Translations under genes and position numbers: made by a program
Notes under the pieces: generated by a model
Database searches by the model: none
Told to the model about the DNA's origin: nothing
The model's input: the letters and a program-made list of their open reading frames with translations, nothing else
Virus record (IMG/VR): IMGVR_UViG_3300008218_000039
Location: 1-26,791 of that record
DNA length: 26,791 nucleotides
Origin: a virus
Taxonomy: Duplodnaviria; Caudoviricetes
Strand: one strand, 5' to 3'
Shown: positions 1 through 12,400 of the stretch, piece after piece
Position numbering within the stretch: the first letter of the stretch is position 1
Layout: the number at the start of each line of letters is the position of its first letter

Positions 1-1
1 A

Positions 2-90
2 ATTGGGAGAGGGACTACACTGCTCCTCCTTGGTTCTCTCGGCTCGCATGTTCAGACGGTTCGCTGACTGTTGTGTATAGCTCTCCCAAT
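2..90 (+). other. Structured intergenic element (long stem with branched interior) upstream of the tail gene
   Basis: ATTGGGAGAG (2-11) is the exact reverse complement of CTCTCCCAAT (81-90). Inner TACAC/GTGTA and TCAG/CTGA can also pair. It is GC-richer than its surroundings. Confidence 0.55.
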
Positions 91-106
91 AATTTAGAGG
101 AAGAAG

Positions 107-2410
107 ATGCCTAAGCAGCTTTATAAGATAACACAGTTTCATGGAGGTTTGAATAGTAATTCAGATGCTAGAGATATAGCTGAGAATGAGTTGTCTGAAG
201 CTACTGATGTAATGGTGGATGAGTTGGGTAAGATTAGGTTGATGGGTGGAGAAGCTACCCACGGTACTATTCAAGCTCAAAATGATAGTGAAATTAATCC
301 TGGATATGGGTTATTTCAATTTAGTCATGATAGGATTGATGGCCATACGGCAAGTTCTGGGGTAGAAACTGGTGCTGATTATATGGTATTCTCTGACCCT
401 GATACTCAAGGAACGGTAGATATCTATAGTAATGAAGATGATACGTGGGGTAGTCCTATAACTGGTATGACTAATAATAGCTCTGGTTTACGTAAAGATG
501 TTTTCTATACTGTAGATGGAGCTTTAAGGGTATGCGATAGTGATTTTGGGAATAGTAATTCTAACAAGTGGTATGGGTATGTTGATAGAACACATTTTAG
601 TGGCACTACACCTGGAGGATCTGCAGATGCTTATGATACATGGCATCTTGCTAATGCTGAGATAGCCGCTCCTACTAGGGGGATAGTAGGGCATCTGCTT
701 GATACATCAGCTGCTGGTGATGCAAGTACAACATCTTTAACTGAAGGTGATGTATTTAATGCTGCCTGGTCAGCTGAGATAGTAGGGCATATAGTTTTAA
801 ATAGTACAACTGATGAAACTGTAGCTATTACTGGATATACGGATGCAGATACTGTAGTTACTGATGCAATAGCTAGTGGACAATGGGCTGGTGATATATT
901 TTATGTTTTTCCTCCTGTTGGTACTGGATTTAATCTGCATGTTTCAGGTACTGGGTCTACAGGGAGTATACCTGCAGGTACTTATGAATTTGCAACAACT
1001 TTTATATACGATAAAGAACCTGGAGATATAACTGGAGGGGATCAAGAATCTTTACCTTTCATCTGTCCAGGAACGATAGCCGTTACTGCGAATCAATATC
1101 TGTCAATGAATATATGGGCAAATGCTCCTTATGATGCTAGAATAACAGGTGGCAGAGTATATACAAGAATAGAAAATAGCAATGATGAATGGCAGCAAGT
1201 TTCAGAAATAAGTTTAAAAAATGGTGCTAGGGCATCATCTACTCAAGCTTATATTGAAGGTTCGGAATGGGGGAATGTTGACCCTACAAATAATGTTACT
1301 ACACTTTGCCTGGATGCTTCACATACCGTACTTTCTTTATCTCCTATTACTTATGAAATTAATGCTGGTATATCTCAAGGTGCTTCTTCTAATACAGCTA
1401 AATATAAAACTGCAGTTGTAGCTAATAGAATAGCCTATGTAGGTAATGTTCAATATGATGGTACTATTTATGGAGATGCTGTATTTAAGTCTCCTGTTAA
1501 TAAGTTTGATGTATTTAGTAGTGATAGAAGACTTGAAGCAAGTATAAATGATGGAGATAGTATAGTTAAACTTGAAACTTATGCAGATAGACTTTTGATT
1601 TTTAAGAAGAATAAATTAGAGCTTTTGAATATTTCTCAAGAGATAGAATTTGTAGAAGATACTTTTATGCATAAGGGAGTATCTCATCCAGCTGCTACAT
1701 GTAAGACTGACTTTGGAATAGCATGGGTTAATAAGCAAGGATGTTATCTATATGATGGACAGAAGGTAAATAACTTACTTGAGAAAGGTGGTAGGCAGAT
1801 AATAAAAGAAAATGATTGGGATACATTTACTACTAATGAACCTATGATTGGCTATATTCCAAAGAAAAGACAGCTTCTCGTTGTAGATGATAATAGTACA
1901 ACTGGTACTGGTAAGACATTTTTATATGATTTGGTAACACAATCCTGGGTTAAAGGAGCAGCTGCTACTATTACAAGTCAAGCTTTAACAAATTTTGTTA
2001 CAGATTGGAATGGAGATCTAGTATATGCACATACTAGCGATACAGGCACTTTTGTTAAGTGGAGTGATTCTGCAGAAGCTAGTACGGCTGTAGATATAAA
2101 AACTAAAGATATAGACTTTGGACAGCCTGGACAGATTAAAAGAATATATAAATTTTATGTTACACATAGGGGTAGTGCTAGTGAAATTCAACTATCTTAT
2201 GCAAAAGATGGAGATCAGGATACATATACTGAAGCTGGCTCTGAACTGCCAGTAACCTCTGCTGTAACTGATTGGGTTACTACAGCAATTACACCTACTG
2301 CATTTAGTTGTAATTCAGTACGTTTAAGACTATTTAGTGATGGAACTACACCAGCTAATTTTGAGATTAATGATATAACTATAGTCTTTAGGTTGAAGGG
2401 GCAGAGATAA
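107..2410 (+). CDS. Phage tail tubular/stabilisation protein (P22 gp10 / T7 tail tubular B-like), 767 aa
   Basis: The N-terminal FHGGLN..D..DI...E...A.DV..D..G pattern is typical of this family. The protein is beta-rich and ends in KTKDIDFGQP...KRIYKFYVT. It has a GAGG RBS and lies just before the ejection genes. Confidence 0.7.
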   Translation: MPKQLYKITQFHGGLNSNSDARDIAENELSEATDVMVDELGKIRLMGGEATHGTIQAQNDSEINPGYGLFQFSHDRIDGHTASSGVETGADYMVFSDPDTQGTVDIYSNEDDTWGSPITGMTNNSSGLRKDVFYTVDGALRVCDSDFGNSNSNKWYGYVDRTHFSGTTPGGSADAYDTWHLANAEIAAPTRGIVGHLLDTSAAGDASTTSLTEGDVFNAAWSAEIVGHIVLNSTTDETVAITGYTDADTVVTDAIASGQWAGDIFYVFPPVGTGFNLHVSGTGSTGSIPAGTYEFATTFIYDKEPGDITGGDQESLPFICPGTIAVTANQYLSMNIWANAPYDARITGGRVYTRIENSNDEWQQVSEISLKNGARASSTQAYIEGSEWGNVDPTNNVTTLCLDASHTVLSLSPITYEINAGISQGASSNTAKYKTAVVANRIAYVGNVQYDGTIYGDAVFKSPVNKFDVFSSDRRLEASINDGDSIVKLETYADRLLIFKKNKLELLNISQEIEFVEDTFMHKGVSHPAATCKTDFGIAWVNKQGCYLYDGQKVNNLLEKGGRQIIKENDWDTFTTNEPMIGYIPKKRQLLVVDDNSTTGTGKTFLYDLVTQSWVKGAAATITSQALTNFVTDWNGDLVYAHTSDTGTFVKWSDSAEASTAVDIKTKDIDFGQPGQIKRIYKFYVTHRGSASEIQLSYAKDGDQDTYTEAGSELPVTSAVTDWVTTAITPTAFSCNSVRLRLFSDGTTPANFEINDITIVFRLKGQR

Positions 2411-2877
2411 TGACAAGACAAGAAAGAATAGCTTTACATAAGAAGCAAGAAAGATTGCAAGTAAAATCTGGAGTACCGATAGTTTCTGCTTTGAAAGAAG
2501 GTGTTCCAGTATTAAGATCTACAGCTGAGGGTGTGGTAGAGTATGTCCGATATAATGGTGTTTTATATAAAAATGTATTGGATAAATCTGATGCAAAATT
2601 AGAGGCAAGTTTTGGAGATGATGGATATTTAATTATGCCTAATGGTTTTATTTTACAATGGGGTCAAGAGACCGCTACTAGTACAACTGAAACAGTAACG
2701 TTCCCAATTCCTTTTCCACATAGATGTTTAAATATTACCTGTACCGACTATGCTAGTGGCGATGATACTGGTATTACATCTGCAACTGGAATTAGCACTT
2801 TGCCAACTACAACTACAGTTATTTTTAGTTGCTATAATGCTGTAGACACTTTTTTTTGGCAAGCAATAGGACATTAA
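2410..2877 (+). CDS. Small virion protein with C-terminal gp53-like tail-fibre domain, 155 aa
   Basis: The C-terminal GYLIMPNGFILQWG...VTFPIPFP...FFWQAIGH matches the common gp53-like tail-fibre C-terminal module. It overlaps the previous gene at TAATG. Confidence 0.65.
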   Translation: MTRQERIALHKKQERLQVKSGVPIVSALKEGVPVLRSTAEGVVEYVRYNGVLYKNVLDKSDAKLEASFGDDGYLIMPNGFILQWGQETATSTTETVTFPIPFPHRCLNITCTDYASGDDTGITSATGISTLPTTTTVIFSCYNAVDTFFWQAIGH

Positions 2878-2933
2878 AGATTAGAGAGACAATAGCATGT
2901 TGTATAAAAATATATTAGAAAAAGGATAAGATT

Positions 2934-3848
2934 ATGGGATATGGTAGAGCTTTATTACAAAGAGATGTAAGACAAGAGGAAGAAGCTTTCCAAAAAAAGG
3001 CTAAAAAGAAAAGTCTTTGGGGTTCTATTGGTAGAACTCTTGGTGGTTTAGCAGTAATGGGTTTAACTGGAGGTGCTGTAAATCCATTAACAGTTGGCCT
3101 TCTTACTGGAGGTGCTAGTTTTCTAGGTGGAGCTATTGGAGCTAAGGCTGCTGGGGGAAAGCTAACTGGGGGTAAATTCTTTCAGGCAGATAGAAAAAGT
3201 GCACAAAAGGAATTAGGTGCATTTGGTACTCAAAATCTAGTGTCTTCTCTTACATCTGGAATTACTGCTGGTATAGGACAGAAATTAAAACTTATGAAAG
3301 CAGGAGCACCAGAAGCTGCTAAATTATCTGAAGGATTTGGATTGGATTTTGAAGGGAGCATGGTAGGTAAAGGATTGGAAAAAAGAGCTATAGGTAAAGA
3401 GTTGGTTGGTTATGGTGAAGCTAGTATAGGCACAGGAGATGTTTCAAGAGGGAAATTTGCTCCCGGAGAAATGACTTCAAAAATATATGACGCAGATCCT
3501 TCTCTTGCTCCTACAGAGAACTTACAATATAGTGATCGCACAGTAACAGATACATATGGTAGTAGGGAAGGAGGTGAATATTTTTTTGAAGATACACCTA
3601 AAGTAAGTGCATGGGATAAGTTTAAAGACTTTGTTGATGTTAGCGATGTAGTAGAAGAGAGGGATTTAATGTCTCAGATAGAAAGTGTTCAAGGTAGTTC
3701 ATTATCACAGTATGGCCCACATTCCGAATTTACTGCTAGGAATCAGGGATGGACTCCTCCCGGCATGGGCTATAAGAAACCTTTCAGTGTGCTTTCTAAA
3801 GAATTTCCTGGAAGACGTAAATCAGGATTATCAAATGTTATTAGGTAG
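2934..3848 (+). CDS. Putative ejected/pilot (DNA-transfer) protein, 304 aa
   Basis: A basic patch is followed by a Gly-zipper hydrophobic stretch (LWGSIGRTLGGLAVMGLTGG...GGAIGAKAAGG). It has no Cys and sits between the tail and internal virion genes. Confidence 0.55.
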   Translation: MGYGRALLQRDVRQEEEAFQKKAKKKSLWGSIGRTLGGLAVMGLTGGAVNPLTVGLLTGGASFLGGAIGAKAAGGKLTGGKFFQADRKSAQKELGAFGTQNLVSSLTSGITAGIGQKLKLMKAGAPEAAKLSEGFGLDFEGSMVGKGLEKRAIGKELVGYGEASIGTGDVSRGKFAPGEMTSKIYDADPSLAPTENLQYSDRTVTDTYGSREGGEYFFEDTPKVSAWDKFKDFVDVSDVVEERDLMSQIESVQGSSLSQYGPHSEFTARNQGWTPPGMGYKKPFSVLSKEFPGRRKSGLSNVIR

Positions 3849-3858
3849 GAGATAAATA

Positions 3859-4794
3859 ATGGCTGGATATAGCAAAGGTATAGTAGATACACGTAAACTC
3901 AATAAGGATAGTAAAGCCAAGTTAGGTCGTGGTGGTGATACTAAAATACGTGAGGTAGATAATAGAGCATCTCATGTTAACGCTTTAGAAGCTTATCTTA
4001 TTGATGTTAATGGTAAGGCAGGGGAAGAGTATGCTAAAAGAGTTGGTGCTGGTACTGTAAATCCTCTTACTGGTATGCCTGAGTATCAAACTGAGGGAGA
4101 GAAGATAGCTGTTTTGCATGGTGATGGCGAGGAGTTTTATGGATATTATACTTATACAGATGGCGAATGGGTTAAAACTGGTGGTGGTAGTGGTAGTGGA
4201 AGCGGTGCTGATGGCGATAAATGGTATCAAGGTTGGGATGATCCAAAACTACAGAACATAGACTTAGGGAGTAAAGACCCATACAGTTATGAAGGATTAA
4301 GTGATGTAACCGGGGAACAATTAAAAACATTTGATCCAAATCTTGGAGCTGATGATGTAAAATATTTTCAAGATATCTTTACTGATGTGCCTTTTGGATT
4401 TCTTGGAGAGCAACAAGATTTAACTATTAGAGGATTAGAAAGTACGTATGGAGCTACTATGGGTGCGTTGGGAAGTCAGCAAGAGGCTCTTAGTATGGAT
4501 ACAGGACGTGGACTTAGTCAAGCTACTCAAGATGCAGGACAGGCTATGCGTAAATCTAATATGGCTTTTAGTGGAACTGTTACTCAAGGGTTAGAAACAC
4601 AGAAAAAACAATTATTTCAAGATTATGCAGCTGGTACAAAAGATATTGCACGACAAAGAGGAACTGCATTAGAAACATTAACTTTAGGTAAAGATACTGC
4701 AGGTTTAGACCTTAAAACAGGTACATATGCTGAGCAGAAAAGACAGATGGATGAGTATTGGGAGATGATTGGACTACGACAAGCAGCCGGATAG
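3859..4794 (+). CDS. Putative internal virion/ejection protein, 311 aa
   Basis: It has a GRGGDT...HVN..EA...GAGTVNPLTGMPEY motif that I recall from phage internal virion proteins, a GGGSGSGSG linker and a Q/A-rich helical C-terminus. AGGAG RBS; no Cys. Confidence 0.55.
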   Translation: MAGYSKGIVDTRKLNKDSKAKLGRGGDTKIREVDNRASHVNALEAYLIDVNGKAGEEYAKRVGAGTVNPLTGMPEYQTEGEKIAVLHGDGEEFYGYYTYTDGEWVKTGGGSGSGSGADGDKWYQGWDDPKLQNIDLGSKDPYSYEGLSDVTGEQLKTFDPNLGADDVKYFQDIFTDVPFGFLGEQQDLTIRGLESTYGATMGALGSQQEALSMDTGRGLSQATQDAGQAMRKSNMAFSGTVTQGLETQKKQLFQDYAAGTKDIARQRGTALETLTLGKDTAGLDLKTGTYAEQKRQMDEYWEMIGLRQAAG

Positions 4795-4821
4795 AATGAA
4801 TATTTATAGAGGGTAATAATT

Positions 4822-6450
4822 ATGGCAATAACAGTAGAAAGAAGTGCAATAGCAGATTTCTTGGATGATCTTCCTGGTCTGTTGATGCAATATAAGCAGA
4901 TGCAATGGGCTATAGAAGAGAGAGCTTTAGAGAGGGAAGAACGTAAAGCTGCTGGTACACAGCAAATACTTCTCAAGGAGTATTATGATAAGAAGGCTGA
5001 AGTAAGAACAACCGAAAAGGTATTTGATCAATATGATAATCTAAGTCCTTCAGATGTATCTTCAAGTGGTGCTGGTGCTGAACTTCGTTCTATTGTAGAT
5101 AAAGAACAGAATCTAGATATGAATGCTATTACTCAAAATTTAGATGCTTTAGGTATCTATCAATCTGAGTTAGAATCTAGTCTTGGAGAGTTAAGAGGTC
5201 AAGCTCAAACTTTAAGAGAAATGCAGATGGACTTTGCTGGTGCTAACAGAGTATTAGAGCCACATGAATATCAAGCTTTTCAAGAACATGCTTTACAAGC
5301 TTTAGAAGAAGGTGGTTTAGGATGGGATACTACTGCAGGTGCAGATGTAGAATATTATAAAACTGATCCTGAAGCTAGATTTGCTAGAGCTTTAAATGTA
5401 ACTGAGAAGATGAAAGGTGATGAAGATACTGGAGCTAAAAGCAATTATGCTATAATTCAAAGTATGTATACTGTTGGAGAAGGTGAGGATGCAGGTGATC
5501 TTGTAGATAGATTAACTTATCAAGATGCTTCTGGTAAGGAAATAGAGCCTTCTGAAGAAGTTATAGCAGCTATACAAAGATTGGCATTACAACCTAATTA
5601 TAATGAGTTTGTAGCTAATTTAAATGCTCTTCCAGCTGAATATGGTGGTGATGCAATTAGAACTGAACTTATGACTAATCCTAATACTTCTACAATATTC
5701 GGCAATTTACAATCTAATGTTCAAGCAATTAATACATTAGAGAATGAGCTTGCAGGTATAAATGAACTTGATTCACAAACTAAATTAGGTCAATTTGTAT
5801 CTGATATCTCAGGTGTAACTAATCAGCAAGCTTTATTTGGAATGTTTGATCAGGCTGTTCAGGGACTTGAACCAGAAGAACATGAACAATTCTTTAATGC
5901 TATGGAATTACAATCTGGTACTGATTTAGATAAATCTTATATGGAATATAAAGGATTCGCAGGTGGAGGAAATAATAATCTAGATAATGCTTTAAATCAA
6001 TTAGCAATGACAAGTATGACTGGAGAAGAATTATTCCCTGGACAATTAGAAACTCAATACAGAGGCATGGAATATGAGACTGCCTATACTTATCCTGAAT
6101 TATCTGAAGGTATAACTAAAGAAGAGCATATAAGGCATCAAATGAAATCTATTATAGGTACTCAAGTTGACTTAGATATAGAAATTTTTGGAAATGAATC
6201 TAGGATAGTAGATACCAAGCTTGATAAAGATGGAAGGATTATGGTTAAAGTTGATCCAGATGCAGATGCTTTAATAGGAGCTCATCCTTCAAGATGGAAG
6301 TATAAAGGTAAGCCTTTATATCTAGATGAGTTGAATATTGTAAGTCTAGGTAAAGCTCAAGAAGCAATGCCTACTGCATTTCAAGCAGGGCCTATTGGAT
6401 ATTATTGGGATCCAATGACAGAAGAGTATAGAATTAAAAGAAATCAATAG
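4822..6450 (+). CDS. Acidic helical putative internal virion/ejection protein, 542 aa
   Basis: Long ORF rich in E/D/Q with coiled-coil character and no Cys, directly upstream of the giant gene. Confidence 0.55.
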   Translation: MAITVERSAIADFLDDLPGLLMQYKQMQWAIEERALEREERKAAGTQQILLKEYYDKKAEVRTTEKVFDQYDNLSPSDVSSSGAGAELRSIVDKEQNLDMNAITQNLDALGIYQSELESSLGELRGQAQTLREMQMDFAGANRVLEPHEYQAFQEHALQALEEGGLGWDTTAGADVEYYKTDPEARFARALNVTEKMKGDEDTGAKSNYAIIQSMYTVGEGEDAGDLVDRLTYQDASGKEIEPSEEVIAAIQRLALQPNYNEFVANLNALPAEYGGDAIRTELMTNPNTSTIFGNLQSNVQAINTLENELAGINELDSQTKLGQFVSDISGVTNQQALFGMFDQAVQGLEPEEHEQFFNAMELQSGTDLDKSYMEYKGFAGGGNNNLDNALNQLAMTSMTGEELFPGQLETQYRGMEYETAYTYPELSEGITKEEHIRHQMKSIIGTQVDLDIEIFGNESRIVDTKLDKDGRIMVKVDPDADALIGAHPSRWKYKGKPLYLDELNIVSLGKAQEAMPTAFQAGPIGYYWDPMTEEYRIKRNQ

Positions 6451-6458
6451 GAGCAGCA

Positions 6459-9400
6459 ATGCCACTACCAAAAGAATACTACGATATACTAAAAACTGGA
6501 GATAAACCTTTTAATCCTCCAACTCAACCAAGTCCAACAGGTCTTTATTTTGGGCCAGAAGATGCTACAGAAGAAGCAGCTAGTGCTTGGGGCGGTGTAG
6601 GTGATTTCTTATGGAGTGCAGGCACTGGCTTTACTTCAGGTATGACTTGGGGTCTTACTGATCTAGCAGGAGTGACCGGTCAAGAACCTTGGGAAGAGAT
6701 GACTGGTACTGAGAAGGCAGGTTGGATACTTGGTGAAGGTGCTTCATTCTTTGCTCCTTGGGGGCCATTTGGTTTGCTTGGTAAGGGTAGTAAGGCATTA
6801 GCTAAAGGTGCTAATAAGTTTGTTGGTAAAGCTGCAGGAGAAGCTGCTGAAACTGGTATAGCAAGACTTACTGGTGAGACAGGTAAGGCTGTAGCTAAGG
6901 CTATGGAGAAGGGTACCCAGTTCTCAGATGATGTAGTTGCTGGTTTAAATAAAGTAGCTAAAGATGATTTAGGTGTTCGTTGGATTAAGGATCTTAGTGC
7001 TACAGGTAAAGCTGCTTTAGATGCTAGTGATAACCTTACTATGGCTGGTACAAGGGCTGTACAGAAAGCATTTAAAGATGGTGGCATACCAGATATAGCA
7101 ACTGCTGATGCAGCTAGAATAGCAGGAGAATTTGTTGAGAGTATTAAAGGTGGAACCTATGTAAATGATGTAGCTGAATGGGTTACTCGTGGACTAGCTG
7201 GTCGTATACCTGATACTGCTACTGGCTTTATGTCTAAGTATTTAGGTATGGTTGCACAAGATATGATGTTTATGGGTCTTCATGGATTAGGTTCAGGCAA
7301 GATAAAAGCTTTAGCTAATGGTGAAGATTTTGATGCTACAGGTGCTCTTAGTCATGCAGGTCTAATGTCTCTTGGCTTCCCACTTATTAGAAAGATACCT
7401 AATCTTGCTGGTATGGGTCAGGGTGGTATGGTTACTGCCTCTCAAGGTATTAAAGCATATATGAATCAATTTAAGAAGACTAACTATAAAGCTATACAAG
7501 AAATGCATGGTGATGATGTAGTTAAGAATATGCTTAAAGTTATGGTTCGTGGTGAGAAAAAGAATTTATGGAGTCGCAGTCAATTAGATGATGCTCATTG
7601 GAAAGCTGGTGGTAAAGTATATAAAAGTGCTGAAGAAATAGAAAGAGCTTTACCTAAAATGAAGATAGATGATACTATAACTCTTCTTAATAAAATGAAT
7701 AAAACTGTTAATCAAGAGATAATGAAGAAGTGGGGGCCTGAATTTATACTTGATACAATAGGTTCAGTTCCAAGAATGGGTCTTGGTATATTAGCTATGA
7801 ATCCTTGGGTTGTTAATAAAGATGCTTGGGGATCTATGGAAGGGCCTGAACTTGCATCACATTTATTTATGGCAGCTGTAATGACAAGAGGTAGAGGTGC
7901 TTGGGGCCATGCACAGCAGAGAGCTTATTTTGCAGACTTCACTCCATACCATGAAGCTTTAAATCTTCTAGGTGTTAATACTAAGAATGTTAAAGATATA
8001 TTAAGGTTCCATGATGGTAAACATCCTTATGAGGGGATGGGGGTAGCTCTAGGTACTCATGAAGTTGGTGTAGAGATGGTAGATATATTCGATACAGCTT
8101 TAAAGACTGCAGAATCTAGACCTAATGCTAGAGATTTCAGTAATCCTGATCATGCTCTTGTAGTAGATATGGCTAACTTATATAATGTAATTAAGAAAAG
8201 TGCTGATCCAAATTTTAAACCTATTAAAGCTCAGACTTTAGATTCAAAAACTCTTAATACATTGGCACATAGATTGTCAGGTATTAAGTTTGCTGATGGC
8301 AATTCTATCGGAGAGATTGGATATGAAGGTTCTTTAGTTAGGCTTACTCTTGAGCCTGCTAAGCGTGGGCTTGAAGTATACAAACAAATGCTTTCAGAAT
8401 TAGGAAGATTGGGATATGGTGTATCTGTTACTGAGGATGGTAGAGTTACTGGTACTCATATTATGTCTAATAAAGAAGGCAAACCTATTGATGATGCTAA
8501 TACTTTTAATCGTGTATTAGATGCTTTAGCTGGTATAAATGAAGCTACTGTTAGATCTGGTATAGATGTAACATCTGAAGCTAGTAATTATGAGAGGATA
8601 GTTAAAAGGTCTGGACTGACTGAGCCTGAATTTAATCTTAGAACTCGTGAGATTATAGATCAACATATGGATGTCTTAGGTAGAGAGTATGGTGATAAGA
8701 ATATATATAGAGATCCAGTTGAAAGTAATCCTATTTGGGAATTTTTCAAACAAGCCAAAGGAATTGAAGCTGCTGAGAGAGTATACAATATAGCCACAGG
8801 AAAGTTCCCTGCTGGCGATCCTACTGGCGATAAGATATTGACTGAGAATATGGATAGTTTATTCATGCTTACTGATAGAAAGTATGCAGCATCTATAGAT
8901 CAATACAAAGGATTAATAAAAAATCTTATTAAAGATCCAAAGACTGATAAAGAGAAAGAAGCTAATGAAGTTATTGTAGAACATATTAATGATATGCGTC
9001 AGCTATTTAATATAAGAAAGAAAATATTAGGAGTTTCATCTAAAGATGTTAGCGAGAAAGGTTCTATTAGTGCTGAAGGATTATCAATTGTTCAGGGTAA
9101 ATGGAAAGATATATTTGGAAGTCTACCTAGGGAATGGAAACAGAATTGGGATGCTCATACAAAACAATTATATATAGAAAGAGTATTTAAAGGTCGTGGA
9201 TTTGACAGGAGAGCTGTAAATCTTATATCATTTATGTCAGAACATAACCTAGTTCTCCCTGATGCTGAGGGTAAGATTAATATGCCTTCTAAAAAAGCAA
9301 TGATGGATGAACTTTCTGGAAGAAAGATGTCTAAGAAAGAACTTGATCAGTATGAAAGAGCTTTAGATACAATCAAGAAAGTACTAGGAGAGGATGTTGT

Positions 9401-12400
9401 AACTGAGATTGATTGGGCATTTACTGAGACTGGTAAACGTCAGTTAGAATCAGTAGATGTTAGAGATTATCTTAAAGCTGCTAAGATGCTTGGTAATGAA
9501 ATGTATGCCGATCTACTTGTTAATACACAAGCTGTGCTTGGTGAAATTGCAGCAGTATCATCTGGTACTAGGCAGAGAGTGCATGAAATTTATAATAAAA
9601 CAACAGATCTTCTTGATACATTAGATCCAGCTAGTGGTAAAAAGCCTGTAGCTGATCCTATAAAGGAGATTAATAATCTAAAAGAAGAGTTAATATCATT
9701 AGAAAGGGTTGCTAGAAATAAAGATAGTAAGGATGAATTAGGTCAGGCTATTGTACAATTGCATAAATTAATAGATGCTATTGATCCTGCTACACGTAAA
9801 TTTAATATTTCTCCAAAGAAAACTCTAACTGAAACAGAACAATTATCTGGAGATGAGTTTGGAATACATGATGCTTTAACCAGACCTTTACAAACTACCA
9901 TTGAAAAGATATTCAATAGAGAATATGAAGCTGTAAATAAATTGCAAGAATTAGTAGTCAAGCTTGAGAATCTTTCCTCACTAGGTAAGGCTGGTCTTGG
10001 TTTAGATAAGTCAGATACAATGAGAATTATTGAAGATATGTCAAGACAGTGGCATGAAATATATAAAAATAAAACTGGCGATCATACTAAAGTATTATCA
10101 GAACTTATTGCTGATGTTAATAAGAAAGGTTTCTTTGGAGATGCTTTAACCTTGCTAGAAAGTGTTGACGCTAGGATTAACCGTGAAGTAATTCTTAAAA
10201 ATGAACATAGTCCACTCAATGAAGATGGTGTGCGTATGTCTGAAGCTTTAGAGAATGCTTATAAAACTCATGAACATCACAGGTCTGTAACTGAAATCTT
10301 AAAAGATTATGGTCTTGTAGATAAGGATGGTAAGATAGATGAAAGCTTTAGAAATGCTGTAACTGCAAATCCTCGTAAGGCTTTACTTGATAATGTTAAG
10401 CCTAAAATATATGCTCAGACAGACAAATCTATAACTCAAAAGGATCGTGAGTGGAGAAAGTTTAAAGAGAATGATGCTATAGAATTATTAACAAACATAT
10501 ATAATTCTAAGCCTATCAATAGAGTTAAGATACTTGGTATAACTAGAGATGGTAAGCAACGTGGTATTGTAGAATTTAATAATAATGCTCCACACATACA
10601 GCATCCTAATACTCAATACTTTTCAGACAAAGGATTTAAAGTACATTGGATAGATGATACTATGAGTGTTGATATTGGCATAGATGGTAAGCTTAGAAAT
10701 GCTAGTATTGATTCCTTTAACAATCCAGATTTAATTCAGAAGTTTTTAAACGAAGCATTACGTACAGATAATATTACTAAAGAAATACTTGATGGCTTTA
10801 AGTCTATAGATCATGGTATCAGTGAGAAAGATGTAAGAAAGATTCTTAAAAATCCAACTGACTATGTATTCTATTTAAGACTTTCTCCTATGGATAAGAT
10901 GATGTTTGTAGCTACTGATAAGAATCTTAAACTTATGGATACTGAGTTTGAAACTTGGTATAATGATACTGCAGGTAGATTGAAGGGTAAGAATAAAACT
11001 ACCTTTGAATCTATGTTTAAAGATTTGTTAGAGAAGCCTAATACATCACGTGCTATTGTAGAACTTAAAATGTTATTACCTTATTTAGATCATGCTGGTA
11101 AGAGGAGTGAAGTTGATAAGATGATAGCTGAATATGCTGGTGATGCTAATCCTCAAACACTTGCTAAGATTCAAGCTAATATGTATAAGCGTGGTTTCTT
11201 GTCTGATGGTGGAACTACACAGCCAATGAGAACTGAAGTTCTTAGATGGGTACAAGGTCATCATCCAAATAAAGATGTAAGAGATGAAGCTAAACGTATT
11301 ATTAGAAATGGTGGATTCGTAGTAGGTGTCATAGGTGATAAAGCTGCAGAGGGAGAGGGTGGAAGAGCTCATCCTCTAAATATAGAATCATTAGAGCTAG
11401 GGCAATTGCAAGTTATAGGTAATCAAGCCAGTGGATTGATAAAAGAATTAGCTCTAGCACAACAAAGATCACTTGGAGATATGCCTAGTTTATTGAACTC
11501 ACTACTTGATGGTGGTAAGTTTGCATCTGAAAAAGTTACGAAACTTGTTATGGCTCAGAAGGGTATGCTTGATACAGATTTTAGCAACAGTCCTAACGGT
11601 GCTAAGACAATCATATTTGCTACAGGCAATAATCAAATGTTAGGTAAGGGATATCTTATATATCATCCAGATATAGCAGCACAAATGCCTAAAGATGTAG
11701 ACATAATGTTAGGAGAATCTTCTGCTAAAACTTATAGTGGTATAGCTGTAGATGGTAATCCTCTCTCCCCACATGATATATCACAAGCAGGGCCTAAGTG
11801 GCAATCTTCAATTAAGAATATGGGTAATGGTAATAAAATGCTTATGCCTGTTGAAAGTCTTGGAATATCCTTTACATCTAAAAGTGAGAGTGGTGTGGCT
11901 ATATCTCCTTCCATATTTGATTTTCAATCTCCAGCAACTATAGATAAAGCTATAACATGGATGGGATTTGAATCTAAATTAAGAGAAATTGGGGTGCAAT
12001 GGAATACAGTTCATAGAGATGGTGCTAAGTTAGCTGAATGGCTATATGAGATAGGGCAATCTGAGGGTAATCCTTTAGATAAGGGCGATACTGGCCTCTC
12101 TAAGCTACTTTTTGAGTATGGGGCTATGCCTAACAACCCTTTGGTACAAAAGGCCCTTAGAAGGCTATTACGGAGCTCAAACTATAAACATTTAGGCAAG
12201 GTACCCAATCAAGGTGGTGGTGAAGATAACTTTATAGTACCTAATATTGATGGAAAATTATCAATACCATTGTATGCAGATCTACATGGAGCTCCTGCAT
12301 TCCCTGGAGATACTGTAACTAAGGATAGGATAGATAGAGTTTCTGTTAATTATGGTGGTATAGGTCTCAATAAACATACTGGAGGCAGACAATTAGGTAA

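Noticed and set aside
4178-4206. GGT/AGT trinucleotide-like repeat
   Set aside because: It simply encodes a Gly-Ser linker; the GTA run at about 24005-24019 likewise encodes the SSB Thr linker.
1221-4976. Overlapping ORFs 1221-1421, 2215-2421, 3985-4230 and 4623-4976
   Set aside because: They overlap better-supported genes and have shadow-like composition.
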